A stretch of 63,972 nt of DNA from an uncultured Verrucomicrobiota bacterium (GTDB lineage: Bacteria; Verrucomicrobiota; Verrucomicrobiia; Limisphaerales; CAIMTB01). The notes beneath the pieces are model-generated. The model was not told the origin of the DNA and ran no database searches. It saw only the letters and a program-made list of their open reading frames with translations. The position numbers and the translations under genes are program-made. Of the stretch, positions 36,601 to 45,538 are shown in pieces (positions within the stretch are counted from its first letter, which is position 1; each line of letters starts with the position of its first letter). Location of the stretch: the NCBI GenBank assembly GCA_964476125.1, contig CAYZAE010000015.1, positions 1 to 63,972 of the forward strand. Reading direction: 5' to 3'.

Positions 36601-39062
36601 TCGGCCGTGCGACTGATTCCACGCAGCAGCGGATTCACATTGGTCGAGTTGTTGTTCGAGACCTCGGTGAAGAGGCTGTTGGTGAACACGGGCTGCGCAA
36701 AGCCCCACCAGATGTTGTCCTTCAGGGTGGGCGTGGAACCCGTCTGCGGCCCGCCCCCGTTGAGCGGCTGTCCGTTGAAATCCGTGAAAATGCTGTTGTA
36801 CCAACCCGCCTGCACGTAACGGCGCAGCAACATGGTGTGGTTGTTCGCGGTTCCGCCTCCCGTGGCACCCGCCCCAATCAGCGTCGCGTTGTAAATCTCG
36901 TACGTCGATTTCGGCGTTCCATTGCCGTCGTTGCGCTCGTTCGGCTCCCCGTTCTGCTCAGAACCGTTGTCCCGGCGATCGTTCGACTGGATCGCGAACC
37001 AGAATTGGTTCTTTCCGCTCCATCCCATGTCCGTGTCGAAGGCGTCATCGTCGTTGAACGCAGACACCAGGTGCTTCGTATTGACGCTCCCACCGAAGAA
37101 CTCGTAGCCGTCGTCCGCGAACGACAGGGTCTCGACGTAATCGATGATCGTCCCTCGCCCCACACCCCCGAGGGTCAACCCGTTGATCTCCTTGTCCGGA
37201 CTCAACCTCTGGCCACCGTGCCGGAGGGAAACGTACCGAAGCACCCCGGAGTTATCGTCATCATCGTTTCCGCCGAACCGATGAACGTTCTGGCCATTGA
37301 TGACCAGGTCCTCAAGTCCCTCGAACACCTCGTACTTCGGGCTCGTCGCGTCACCCGCCGCGTTCACCGCCTTGTTGATCCGCGCATTGCCGAGAATCAC
37401 CAATCCACCCCAAAGCCCACGATCCGTCACCCCGAGATCAGTCGCATCCGCGAGGTCGTCGTCTTCGGCCGTAAAAATGATCGGCTTCTCCGCAGTTCCA
37501 TCAGCGACGATCTTCGCCCCTCGGCAAACAAACAGACACCCGAAGTTGGGGGCCGCCCCGTTCCGGCCCTTGATCACCGTTCCGGGCTCGATACGCAGGG
37601 TCGCACCAGCGAGCACATACACATAATTCGCCAAAATGTAGGTCTTGTCCGCGGTCCAGACCGTGTCGGACGAAATCGCTCCCCGAACCGTCACCACGGA
37701 CGGGTCGCCAACGGGAGCGAGAAATCCGCCTTGGGACAGAAAGGACCATCCGCTCGCCCAGTTGCCCTTGGCATCGAAAGCTCCCTTGTAGCTCGTCGGA
37801 GCATAGAAGCCGTTGGCGGGCGGAGTGCGCGAGGAACTCAACGCCGGACTCCCATCCGCGGGTCGGGGATCCAGAACGCTGTCGGCCGTGCGGCTGATCC
37901 CGCGAAGCATCGGATTGGCGTTCGTGAGGTTGTTGTTCGAAACCTCGGTGAAGAGGCTGTTGGTGAACACAGGCTGCGCAAAGCCCCACCAGATGTTGTC
38001 CTGCAGGGTGGGCGTGGAACCCGTCTGCGGCCCGCCCCCGTTGAGCGGCTGTCCGTTGAAATCCGTGAAAATGCTGTTGTACCAACCCGCCTGCACGTAA
38101 CGGCGCAGCAACATGGTGTGGTTGTTCGCGGTTCCGCCTCCCGTGGCACCCGCCCCAATCAGCGTCGCGTTGTAAATCTCGTACGTCGATTTCGGCGTTC
38201 CATTGCCGTCGTTGCGCTCGTTCGGCTCCCCGTTCTGCTCAGAACCGTTGTCCCGGCGATCGTTCGACTGGATCGCGAACCAGAATTGGTTCTTTCCGCT
38301 CCATCCCATGTCCGTGTCGAAGGCGTCATCGTCGTTGAACGCAGACACCAGGTGCTTCGTATTGACGCTCCCACCGAAGAACTCGTAGCCGTCGTCCGCG
38401 AACGACAGGGTCTCGACGTAATCGATGATCGTCCCTCGCCCCACACCCCCGAGGGTCAACCCGTTGATCTCCTTGTCCGGACTCAACCTCTGGCCACCGT
38501 GCCGGAGGGAAACGTACCGAAGCACCCCGGAGTTATCGTCATCATCGTTTCCGCCGAACCGATGAACGTTCTGGCCATTGATGACCAGGTCCTCAAGTCC
38601 CTCGAACACCTCGTACTTCGGGCTCGTCGCGTCACCCGCCGCGTTCACCGCCTTGTTGATCCGCGCATTCCCGAGGATCACCAACCCACCCCACAGCCCA
38701 CGATCCGTCACGCCGAGATCAGTCGGATCCGCGAGGTCGTCGTCTTCAGCCGTAAAAATGATCGGCTTCTCCGCAGTTCCCTCGGCCATGATCTTCGCGC
38801 CACGGCAGATGTAGAGGCACCCGAAATTCGGAGCGGCTCCGTTCCGACCCTTCACCACCGTGCCGGCATCGATCCGAAGCGTCGCTCCGGACAGAACATA
38901 GGTGTAGCCGGTGAGCACATAGGTGTTGTCGGCCGTCCAACGGATTTCCCCGGTCAGTGATCCGGAAACCTCATTGGTTGCGGCTTGGGTCGAGGGACCA
39001 GCGCCCACGAACAGGGCAGCCAGAAGGGCACCCACGAAGGGAATTCGAAGTCTTGATTTCAT
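33627..39062 (-). CDS. 1811-aa exported protein made of four tandem ~427-aa beta-helix-like modules plus a C-terminal FFR-type beta domain
   Basis: ATG 39062. Signal peptide MKSRLRIPFVGALLAALFVGAGPSTQA. Each module has Y[VT]YVL.GA[TS]LRI[ED][PA]GTV[IV]KG, DRGLWGGLVILG, FADDG[YF]EFFGGSV, FNDDDAFD[TM]D and NGEPNERNDG. The tail is LRIAWTGGVAPYTVQSRTALTEGAWVDL...VVFFRVMSR. Confidence 0.9.
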   Translation of the reverse strand: MKSRLRIPFVGALLAALFVGAGPSTQAATNEVSGSLTGEIRWTADNTYVLTGYTYVLSGATLRIDAGTVVKGRNGAAPNFGCLYICRGAKIMAEGTAEKPIIFTAEDDDLADPTDLGVTDRGLWGGLVILGNARINKAVNAAGDATSPKYEVFEGLEDLVINGQNVHRFGGNDDDDNSGVLRYVSLRHGGQRLSPDKEINGLTLGGVGRGTIIDYVETLSFADDGYEFFGGSVNTKHLVSAFNDDDAFDTDMGWSGKNQFWFAIQSNDRRDNGSEQNGEPNERNDGNGTPKSTYEIYNATLIGAGATGGGTANNHTMLLRRYVQAGWYNSIFTDFNGQPLNGGGPQTGSTPTLQDNIWWGFAQPVFTNSLFTEVSNNNLTNANPMLRGISRTADSVLDPRPADGSPALSSSRTPPANGFYAPTSYKGAFDAKGNWASGWSFLSQGGFLAPVGDPSVVTVRGAISSDTVWTADKTYILANYVYVLAGATLRIEPGTVIKGRNGAAPNFGCLFVCRGAKIVADGTAEKPIIFTAEDDDLADATDLGVTDRGLWGGLVILGNARINKAVNAAGDATSPKYEVFEGLEDLVINGQNVHRFGGNDDDDNSGVLRYVSLRHGGQRLSPDKEINGLTLGGVGRGTIIDYVETLSFADDGYEFFGGSVNTKHLVSAFNDDDAFDTDMGWSGKNQFWFAIQSNDRRDNGSEQNGEPNERNDGNGTPKSTYEIYNATLIGAGATGGGTANNHTMLLRRYVQAGWYNSIFTDFNGQPLNGGGPQTGSTPTLKDNIWWGFAQPVFTNSLFTEVSNNNSTNVNPLLRGISRTADGMLDPRPADGSPALSTSRATPADGFYTPANYKGAFNSRTGWASGWSFLSQGGFLVPPGDPSVVTVQGPISSNVVWTADKTYILTNYVYVLSGASLRIEPGTVIKGRNGAAPNFGCLFVCRGGKIFAEGTPARPIIFTAEEDDVTDPEDLRVTDRGLWGGLVILGQAPINKAVNAAGDAATPKYELYEGLEDLVIAGQNVHRYGGDNANDNSGVLRYVSLRHGGQRLSPDKEINGLSLGGVGRGTTLEYVEAVSFADDGFEFFGGSVNTRYLVSAFNDDDAFDMDQGYNGTNQFWFALQSNDRRDNGSEQNGEPNERNDGLGVPVANYKVYNATLIGAGAGAGGTANNHALLFRRYNQSVWANSIFTDFNGQPLNGGGPQTGSNPSVTNNLWWGFTDPVFTNILFTTASRRNVTNLDPMIRGISREAKGALDPRLMPGSPAASNAAAVMNDGFLRAASHYGAFDAHDNWLRGWTSLAQDGFLPPTDHEVIVSNQTITGDVTWASTNVYILTNYVYVLGGATLRIEPGTVIKGRNGTAPNFGSLFVCRGGKIIAEGTPHNPIIFTAEEDDLTDAEDLRVTDRGLWGGLVILGNARINKAVNAAGDAASPKYELYEGLEDLVINGQNVHRFGGSDDNDSSGVLRYVSIRHGGQRLSPDKEINGASFGGVGRGTVVEFVEALSFADDGFEFFGGSVDTSHLVSAFNDDDAFDTDMGWSGRNQFWFAIQANDRRDNGAEQNGEPNERNDGNGVPAATYEIYNATLVGAGATAGGTANNHTMLLRRYVKAGWYNSIFTDFNGQPLNGGGPQTGSAPLIQDNLWWGFANPVFTNEVFTTASNNNSTSVNPQLRGISREADGKLDPRPAAGSPALTSTRVAPASAGYQPAAFKGAFAEGNWASDWSGISALGILSAQGGFNPGPAGESTPAPIDPIQVTVIREGTALRIAWTGGVAPYTVQSRTALTEGAWVDLSTTSDTSVSVPTDGSVVFFRVMSR
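36724..37388. repeat. 665-bp stretch identical to 38005-38669
   Basis: Compared nucleotide by nucleotide at an offset of 1281 nt. The first mismatches fall at 36721-36723 and 37389. Confidence 0.9.
38005..38669. repeat. 665-bp stretch identical to 36724-37388
   Basis: See the partner copy. Antisense track ORFs 36878..37165 and 38159..38446 translate identically. Confidence 0.9.
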
Positions 39063-39063
39063 A

Positions 39064-39096
39064 AGCTTCAGGACGGCAATCGCCGTGTCAGAAGCT
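39064..39096 (-). promoter_or_regulatory. stem-loop abutting the giant-gene start codon
   Basis: The minus strand reads GGAGCTTC-tgacacggcgattgccgtcc-tGAAGCTT-ATG. Outer stem is agcttc/gaagct and inner stem is acggc/gccgt. The only GGAG lies at the 5-prime foot of the hairpin. Confidence 0.4.
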
Positions 39097-39172
39097 CCAT
39101 CCTTAATACCGGCGGCAACTTCCCAACGTCGGAATTGTTACGCTCGCGTGACACTCCATTCCCATGCCCCGC

Positions 39173-42094
39173 TCAGTACTCAAAGCTGGCTTGCAGCCCG
39201 AAAGAGATGCCCCGGGTGTTCCAGGTGTAGCGCCTGTTCCCGGGCTGATCGCCATAGGTGCGCTCGTATTCGGCATCCAGCAGATTTCTGGCCGAGGCCC
39301 GGATCCGCCATCGCTTGGCAATTCGCTGCGTCACCAGGAAGTCCACGATCATTGGCGGATGTTCGTAAACATCGGGGCCACCCACGTCGACGAGGTAAAT
39401 CCGGGGAGCCGCCCAGTTGAAGGCCAGGGTGGCCGAGGTTCCCAGACGCTGGTTGTCCCAGGACACATCCGCGTTCGCGATCCATTCCGACTGATCGTAG
39501 AGCGGGCGCGGATCAAGCGACTTCGGGTCGTTGATCTTCTCCTGCGCGGTGAGAGGCACCTCGGAGAGGATGTAGGAGAAGTTGAACCCGGCGGAAAAAT
39601 CGGCCAGCAGGTCATCCACCACGTCCAGCTTGCTGCGGGCCTCGAATTCGGCGCCATACACCTTGGCTTCGGCACGGTTTTCGAAACCCACGATGCCGCC
39701 GCCAAAGGTGATGATCTGCTTTTCGATGGGGTTCTTGAGGTCTTTGTAGAAACCGCTCACCGACACGATCGCGCCGGGCCGGGGGAACCACTCCCACCGG
39801 GCATCGTAGTTTCGAATCGAGCTCATCTGCAGGTTCGGATTGCCCCGAACCACCTCATCGCCGAACGGATCATAGGCCTCGTAACCGGCGATTTCCCGGT
39901 AGGTCGGACGCGCCACCGTGTCGGAATAACTGAGCCGGACGTTCATGTTGGAGGCGACCTGGAACAGCAGGCCGGCGGAGGGCAGAAGGTCGAGCTGACG
40001 GATGGCCGTGTTTGTATCTCCGCGATTGGAGACCGATGCCAGGCTCAAGTCGGTGTTCTCCGGCCGCAGCCCACCCAGGATTTTCACCCAGTCGGTGACC
40101 GGCTGCTCGATCTTGAAATAGCCGGCCACAACCTGCTGGTTGCCGAGATAGGAGAAATCGCCGAACTGCTGGGTCTGAAACCGCCGAACGAACACGTAGT
40201 TCGTTGCGCCCCGGGTGGTTGTTTCCGTGGTGTAGTTCAGATTCTCGGGGGTGAAGTACGTGTTGGGATCTCCCGACGCCGTCCATGCATCGTCCGACTG
40301 GGAGATACCGGGTTCAAAGGCAAAGGCCTTTTGAAAAAAGGTTCGTTCCGAAATTCCCACCGAGGTCCCGGCGCCCAGCACCGTTTCGAGGCCGTCGAGG
40401 ATCCGCAGCTTGATGGTGTCATCAAAGCGGGCCTGGAGGTTCGATTCATCGAGCGCCCGGTAGTTGCGTGCAGGCACCGAGGGCTCAGGAAGAGCGTTGT
40501 TGTTGACCTCGTTCCCGGTGAAGTCGAGCTCCCTCGCGTAATTGAAGAAGCGCTGATCCGGTTCGTCCTGGGTCGTGCCGGCCAGGGAAACCAACCAGTC
40601 GACGTGCATCTCCGACCATTCCTCGAAGTCGTGGCGGCCGAGCATCTGGAAGTTCAGAAGATCGCGTTCGGTCCACTGGAGGGTGCTTCGGTCAATCACC
40701 CGGCCCGGGAGGTTCTCAGGCCGGATTCCGGTCTGCCGGCGGGCCAGATCCTCGCCCGCCCGGTTGTAGATGAAGTTGAAACCGAACTCGTGATCCTCCG
40801 ACAGCTGATAGCCGATCGCGATGACCGAGGACCAGTTCACTTCCGTCAGCGATCGGACGTCCTGGTATTGCTCGTACGGCTCGCTGTCGATGTCCGCGTT
40901 CCGGTACTTGGCCGTGTAGCCGTTATCATAGAAGGTGAACCTGCGGCCGTAGGTGACCGAGGCGAGATACCCGAGCCGTCCCTCCCCCAGGTTGCGGGTG
41001 TCCCCGACCGAGAGAGAACCGGAGTTCGCTGGGGGCGGAGCCGCTTCGGTGGGGGCGAACTGATAGCTCGAAAAGCTGTTCAGATAACCGCGCACCCGGT
41101 CGGCCTGCGCCCGGCGTGCCACCGCCTGCTCCGGGGTCTCCCGTGACACCCGGGTCGGCGTCGCCAAATCGCTGCCTGTCGCGGTGGCGATCGATTTCGG
41201 CAACGCGCGCGATCCGTCGTCGAATCCGGCCCAGTCGGTGGCGCCACCGCGGTAGGTGAGGTAGTTGGGGTTGCCCGTGGCCTGGGTGTTGTATTCCACG
41301 CCCAGGGATCCGTTGAGCAGGAACTTCTCCGGGAAGGACCGAGTCACGATGTTCGCCGCGCCCCCGGCGAATCCGCCGGGAAGATCCGGGGTGAAGGTCT
41401 TGCTGATCAGCATCCGTTCGATCATTCCCGCAGGGATCATGTCCAGCTGCGCCGCCCGCCGGTAAGGATCCGCCGTGGGAACCTCCGCGCCGTTGAGGAG
41501 CGTCAGGTTGTAGCGATCCCCAAGGCCGCGAATAACCGCGAACTTCCCCTCCACCACGGTCGTCCCCGTCACTTTCGTCATGATGTCGGCCGCATCCGAC
41601 ACCCCGAGCCGGCGGAACTGTTCCGAGCCGATGGCCTCCAGGATCGAACTGCCCTCCTGACGTTCCTGCATCACCGCGATGGCTTGTTCCTGAAAGACTT
41701 CCGCGGTGACTTCGTATTCCTCGAGATCGAAGAACTCCGGTCGCAACGTGCCATTCACCGTGGTGGTCTGGCCCGGGAGCACGCGCACCTCGGTGACCAC
41801 GGCCGTCGCATAGCCGGAGCGTGAGAAGCGGACCGCCTGATCCCCAGGCGGAACTCCCTCGATGCGGAACCGGCCGGTGGCGTCGCTGGTGGTGGCCAGG
41901 GTCGTGCCCCGCACCGTCACCGCAGCGCCACCCAGCGGCTTGCCATCCCAACCCTCCACCAGCAGCCCGGCCACGGACCCCGTCTCCTGGGCGCGCGCCC
42001 TCAGGGCAAGCAGGTGAAACAACAGGACCCAACCACCCACCAGACGACACAGGACCTGCGCGACCGATTGGATCCAGCCGGAGCGTGTTTCCAT
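39173..42094 (-). CDS. TonB-dependent receptor with an N-terminal carboxypeptidase-regulatory-like domain
   Basis: ATG 42094 (METRSGW). Motif GLLVEGWDGKPLGGAAVTVRG...TGRFRIEGVPPG. Plug motif VIRGLGDRYNLTLLNG. Long beta-barrel ending ISFGLQASFEY. Confidence 0.9.
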   Translation of the reverse strand: METRSGWIQSVAQVLCRLVGGWVLLFHLLALRARAQETGSVAGLLVEGWDGKPLGGAAVTVRGTTLATTSDATGRFRIEGVPPGDQAVRFSRSGYATAVVTEVRVLPGQTTTVNGTLRPEFFDLEEYEVTAEVFQEQAIAVMQERQEGSSILEAIGSEQFRRLGVSDAADIMTKVTGTTVVEGKFAVIRGLGDRYNLTLLNGAEVPTADPYRRAAQLDMIPAGMIERMLISKTFTPDLPGGFAGGAANIVTRSFPEKFLLNGSLGVEYNTQATGNPNYLTYRGGATDWAGFDDGSRALPKSIATATGSDLATPTRVSRETPEQAVARRAQADRVRGYLNSFSSYQFAPTEAAPPPANSGSLSVGDTRNLGEGRLGYLASVTYGRRFTFYDNGYTAKYRNADIDSEPYEQYQDVRSLTEVNWSSVIAIGYQLSEDHEFGFNFIYNRAGEDLARRQTGIRPENLPGRVIDRSTLQWTERDLLNFQMLGRHDFEEWSEMHVDWLVSLAGTTQDEPDQRFFNYARELDFTGNEVNNNALPEPSVPARNYRALDESNLQARFDDTIKLRILDGLETVLGAGTSVGISERTFFQKAFAFEPGISQSDDAWTASGDPNTYFTPENLNYTTETTTRGATNYVFVRRFQTQQFGDFSYLGNQQVVAGYFKIEQPVTDWVKILGGLRPENTDLSLASVSNRGDTNTAIRQLDLLPSAGLLFQVASNMNVRLSYSDTVARPTYREIAGYEAYDPFGDEVVRGNPNLQMSSIRNYDARWEWFPRPGAIVSVSGFYKDLKNPIEKQIITFGGGIVGFENRAEAKVYGAEFEARSKLDVVDDLLADFSAGFNFSYILSEVPLTAQEKINDPKSLDPRPLYDQSEWIANADVSWDNQRLGTSATLAFNWAAPRIYLVDVGGPDVYEHPPMIVDFLVTQRIAKRWRIRASARNLLDAEYERTYGDQPGNRRYTWNTRGISFGLQASFEY

Positions 42095-42134
42095 GAAATG
42101 CCGTTCCCACTGAGTTTCAGCCCACTCCAACTGT

Positions 42135-43595
42135 TCAAGACCGCGCCCGCGCCGCCACCTGCTCCACCCGTTCGAGGAAGCGGGCCACGTTCTCGCGTGG
42201 CTTCACCTTCTGCGCCCGCCGCAGCAGTTCCACCGCCTCGGTGTACTTCTGCTGCTGCACCTTCAGCTGGGCATGCTTGAGAAAGGCATCCGCAGAGAAC
42301 GCCTCAAGCTTCGCCGCGGCGTCGTACCGGAACTCCGCCTTCTCCCGCTCACCGTTCCGCGCATAGTGATCGCCCGCCAGCAACAGCGCCTCACCATCCA
42401 GCGGGTTGCGTTCAAGGATGGATTCAAGGGTCTTCACCCCGTTGTCCGCATCGCCGGTCGCCAGCGCCACGCGCGCCTCCAGCTTCAGAAGCTTCAACTC
42501 CCCTTCCCCGGCCGGAACACCCGCCGCCCGCACCTTGCCGAGCAGTTCCTTCGCCTGTGGATAGGCGCCGCGTCCGATCAGCACCTCGGCCGGCCGAAGA
42601 CCGCGCTCCGGATTCTTGCCGCCGTCCTTCGCCACCGCCGCGACGTACGATTCCAACGCCAGCTCCCGGTTGTCCTGACCCAGATAAAGATCCCCGAGCA
42701 AAGCCAGCTGCGGGGCCGTGATCAGATCCAGGCGCCGCAGCATCTCGAAATTCACGATCGCCTTCGCCGGCTGTTCGCGCTGGATGAAGACGTTCGCCTG
42801 CAACGCCCACAGCGCCTCCTTGCCCGGCTGCTGTTGAATGAGCTCCTCCAGCAGCGCGATCGCCGCATCAAACTGGCTCAACCCGATCTGCGCCTTCACC
42901 AGGCCCATCTTAAAATCGAGGTTGTCAGGCTCGAACACCGAAGCCTGGAGATAGGCGCCCTGCGCCGACACAAACCGCCCGGCACTCAGGTGCGCAAAGC
43001 CCAGCAAACCGAAGATCTTCCCATCCCCTCCCCCGAGAGCGACCGTCCGCGTCAGCGGCTTGATCGCCTGTTCGAATTTTCCGTCGCGAACCAGGGCAAG
43101 ACCGAGATTTCTTTGCGCCCGCCGGTAGTCTGGAAACTTGGCCAGCGCCTGATCGTACTGGACCACCGCGTTGGTGAAGTCCTCCAGCTGGAAGTAAACC
43201 GTTCCAAGGGTGAAATCGAATACCGCCGAGCCACCTGGTTTCGCCGCCGACTTCAACTCCGGCAGCGCCTTGCGGGGATCCTCGCGCAGCAAGGGCACGA
43301 TCTTGTCCCGGTAAAGTGCCTGCTCCTCCGCCGAGAGCCGGGGCTCGGCCTCCGAAAGAAATCCGTAGCTGCCCAGGAGCCGCCGGGTGAAGTCGGGGTC
43401 GTTCCAGATTCCGGCCAATTCGTGATCGGGCGCCACCGGCGCGAACTGGGTTGGGGCGGTCGCCGCGGCGGAAATCGAAACTCCTTCGGAGGCCGCCACA
43501 CCCCGGCGGGAACGGCCCGACGAAGACTCGGCTCCGTGGACCGGCAGGAACGCCAGACCAGCGAACAGGACGAGGGCAAATGGTTTGGATCGCAT
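42135..43595 (-). CDS. exported TPR-repeat protein, TtpD-like position in the TonB2-type cluster
   Basis: Signal peptide MRSKPFALVLFAGLAFLPVHG. Multiple 34-aa TPR units throughout. Confidence 0.8.
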   Translation of the reverse strand: MRSKPFALVLFAGLAFLPVHGAESSSGRSRRGVAASEGVSISAAATAPTQFAPVAPDHELAGIWNDPDFTRRLLGSYGFLSEAEPRLSAEEQALYRDKIVPLLREDPRKALPELKSAAKPGGSAVFDFTLGTVYFQLEDFTNAVVQYDQALAKFPDYRRAQRNLGLALVRDGKFEQAIKPLTRTVALGGGDGKIFGLLGFAHLSAGRFVSAQGAYLQASVFEPDNLDFKMGLVKAQIGLSQFDAAIALLEELIQQQPGKEALWALQANVFIQREQPAKAIVNFEMLRRLDLITAPQLALLGDLYLGQDNRELALESYVAAVAKDGGKNPERGLRPAEVLIGRGAYPQAKELLGKVRAAGVPAGEGELKLLKLEARVALATGDADNGVKTLESILERNPLDGEALLLAGDHYARNGEREKAEFRYDAAAKLEAFSADAFLKHAQLKVQQQKYTEAVELLRRAQKVKPRENVARFLERVEQVAARARS

Positions 43596-43629
43596 AGGGA
43601 AAAAGGTCGCAACCGAGGTTCTTGTCCCA

Positions 43630-44298
43630 TCAGGACTGGGTGACCCGGAACCGGATCGGCAGGCGCATGTGGGTCTTCACGGCATTGCCGTCCTTCATGC
43701 CAGGCTTGAACCGCCAGCGCCGCACAGCGTCGAGCGCGGGCTTCTCGAATTCGGTCCGCGAGGAGTCCTGGACCCGCGCCTCCTCCACTCGCCCGTCCTC
43801 GGTCAGGAGAAAAACGACAGTCACCGTTCCCTCGATCTTGGCCTTCCGCAGTTCCGCGGGATAAACGGGCGCCACCTGCGCCACGACCTCGGGTCGCCGT
43901 TCTAGCTCCGACACATCAAAGGTGTCCAACGCCGCCTCGACGCCCGCCGCGGCCGAGGCAAGTCCCGTCACGAACCCGGGAAGATACCCACCCGCACCCG
44001 CCGCGAGATCAAGATCGGCCATCACCGGCGCCATGGGAGCCACGTCTTCGCCCAGGGTGGGCGGTGCCGCCTCTTCCTGTTTCGACTCCGCATCCGGGGG
44101 CGGGGGCGGGGGCTCTTCCTCCTGGGGCGGCGGAAGGTCGATGGCACTGGTCTTTCGAAGCTCCAGCACTCGCGACGGTGTCGCGACATTGTGCAGGAAT
44201 GGAATCGTGCAGAAAATCGCCCCCGTCACCCCAACCGCGATCAACACGGAGAAGGCCCATCCGACGGATCCAGACGATGTTTGATAGACCTTTCGCAT
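43630..44298 (-). CDS. tonB: TonB family energy transducer
   Basis: N-terminal TM segment, Pro-rich linker PPPQEEEPPPPPPD, and C-terminal domain YPAELRKAKIEGTVTVVF...AVRRWRFKPG. Confidence 0.85.
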   Translation of the reverse strand: MRKVYQTSSGSVGWAFSVLIAVGVTGAIFCTIPFLHNVATPSRVLELRKTSAIDLPPPQEEEPPPPPPDAESKQEEAAPPTLGEDVAPMAPVMADLDLAAGAGGYLPGFVTGLASAAAGVEAALDTFDVSELERRPEVVAQVAPVYPAELRKAKIEGTVTVVFLLTEDGRVEEARVQDSSRTEFEKPALDAVRRWRFKPGMKDGNAVKTHMRLPIRFRVTQS

Positions 44299-44342
44299 GC
44301 GTTAAACGACGAGTGCCGGACCCCGATCCCTCGCCCGCTTTT

Positions 44343-44747
44343 CTAGCCCTTCTCCGTCGCCAGACTGACGTCTTTCGCCCCCCCGAGCTTGGCCTCATCG
44401 ATCACCCGGACCAGCAACCCCGTACGGGCTGCCTCATCGGCCTGGATCACGACCGGGAGCGGTTCCTTCGTGCACAGCCGCTTGACCGTCGGCCGAACGC
44501 CGCCCAATCCGATTTCCTTGCCCCCGTAAGCCACCTTCCCGTCGCTGGTCACGGCGAAGATGATGCTGGTCTTTTCCATCTGCCGCGCACTCGCCGCCTG
44601 CGGCTTGTCCACCGCCACCCCCGGCATCTCCAGGAAACTCGTGGTCGAAATGAAAAAGATGAGCAGGAACATGATCACGTCGATGAGCGGAATCAGGTTC
44701 AACTCGATGGGCTCCTCGGCTTCGGCGAGTGTTCTTCGAAATCTCAT
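44343..44747 (-). CDS. exbD: ExbD/TolR family protein
   Basis: Motif LNLIPLIDVIMFLLIFFI. The start ATG overlaps the ExbB stop (ATGA at 44744-44747). Confidence 0.9.
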   Translation of the reverse strand: MRFRRTLAEAEEPIELNLIPLIDVIMFLLIFFISTTSFLEMPGVAVDKPQAASARQMEKTSIIFAVTSDGKVAYGGKEIGLGGVRPTVKRLCTKEPLPVVIQADEAARTGLLVRVIDEAKLGGAKDVSLATEKG

Positions 44748-45481
44748 GGCGTGATTGGTTGAGCGGACCCCAGATTCTCGTTGCCTGTCCTCCGATGGCC
44801 CTCACTCCCAGCCCCCATGCCGCCGCCTCCCTCACCACCCGTGCGCTTGCCGGCAACCCGCACGGGCCCGACTCCTGCGGTCGCGGATTCAGAAAACTTT
44901 CCGCGGTGAAATCGGATCGCGATGCTCTCCAACCGAGCGAGGAACGCCATGAACTCAACGCGCCAGCGCTTCGCCACATAGGCTGCCATCCACCCCGGCA
45001 ACGCCACCATCAATCCCGACTGCGTCGCCACTAGCGCCTCGCTGATGCCCCGGGCCACAATTTCGGAGACCGAACTTCCACCGACCCCAATCGCCCGAAA
45101 AGTCAACAGCATGCCCAGCACGGTTCCCAACAAGCCAAAAAGAGGAGCAGCAACCACCATCACCCCGAGCATCGTCAAGTGTCGGTCCGCCTCAGGCACC
45201 TTCGCCGCCTCCACCTCCCGGAATCGGCCCTCCACGTCCCGAAGAGAATGCACCTCGTCCTGGGTGTAGCGAATCAGCTCCTGGATCCTCACCGGAGCCT
45301 TCCCCGGATCCGCCAGCCACGATCGAATCTGGGAATCGCTCGCATTGCGGAGTCCAGGGTAGTGCAGCGAAATCAGCAATCGCGCCGCGGTCGCGTACAT
45401 CGCGAGGGCCAGCGACGCCAGCGCCAGCATGACCCAGCCACCGGTCATCCAGGTGTGGACCATCGTTTCAAATGCGTTCAT
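44744..45481 (-). CDS. exbB: MotA/TolQ/ExbB proton-channel protein, short form
   Basis: Motifs LFGLLGTVLGMLLTF and ISEALVATQSGLMVALP. Confidence 0.85.
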   Translation of the reverse strand: MNAFETMVHTWMTGGWVMLALASLALAMYATAARLLISLHYPGLRNASDSQIRSWLADPGKAPVRIQELIRYTQDEVHSLRDVEGRFREVEAAKVPEADRHLTMLGVMVVAAPLFGLLGTVLGMLLTFRAIGVGGSSVSEIVARGISEALVATQSGLMVALPGWMAAYVAKRWRVEFMAFLARLESIAIRFHRGKFSESATAGVGPVRVAGKRTGGEGGGGMGAGSEGHRRTGNENLGSAQPITP

Positions 45482-45538
45482 GCGGTCGGAACCAAGCGGG
45501 GTTTTTAGAGGACAGCAGGGATGCGAATTCCACGGGAT

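Larger units (their letters stand above)
33900..38975 (-). repeat. in-frame tandem repeat, 4 units of about 1281 nt (1281, 1281, 1278)
   Basis: The conserved Trp codon of the W[TA][AS][DT][NK] motif recurs at 38939, 37658, 36377 and 35099. Confidence 0.9.

Noticed and set aside
33414-38960. 1848-aa plus-strand ORF, the longest in the track
   Set aside because: It is the antisense mirror of the giant minus-strand gene. The translation is R/V/G/P-rich low-complexity sequence with no signal peptide or recognisable motif. The minus-strand frame has a signal peptide, conserved modules and sensible composition. This is a typical GC-driven shadow ORF.
33900-38975. Regular 1281-nt repeats considered as a CRISPR-like or mobile tandem element
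   Set aside because: The repeats are in-frame protein modules within one ORF. There is no short repeat-spacer structure, no cas genes and no inverted terminal repeats.
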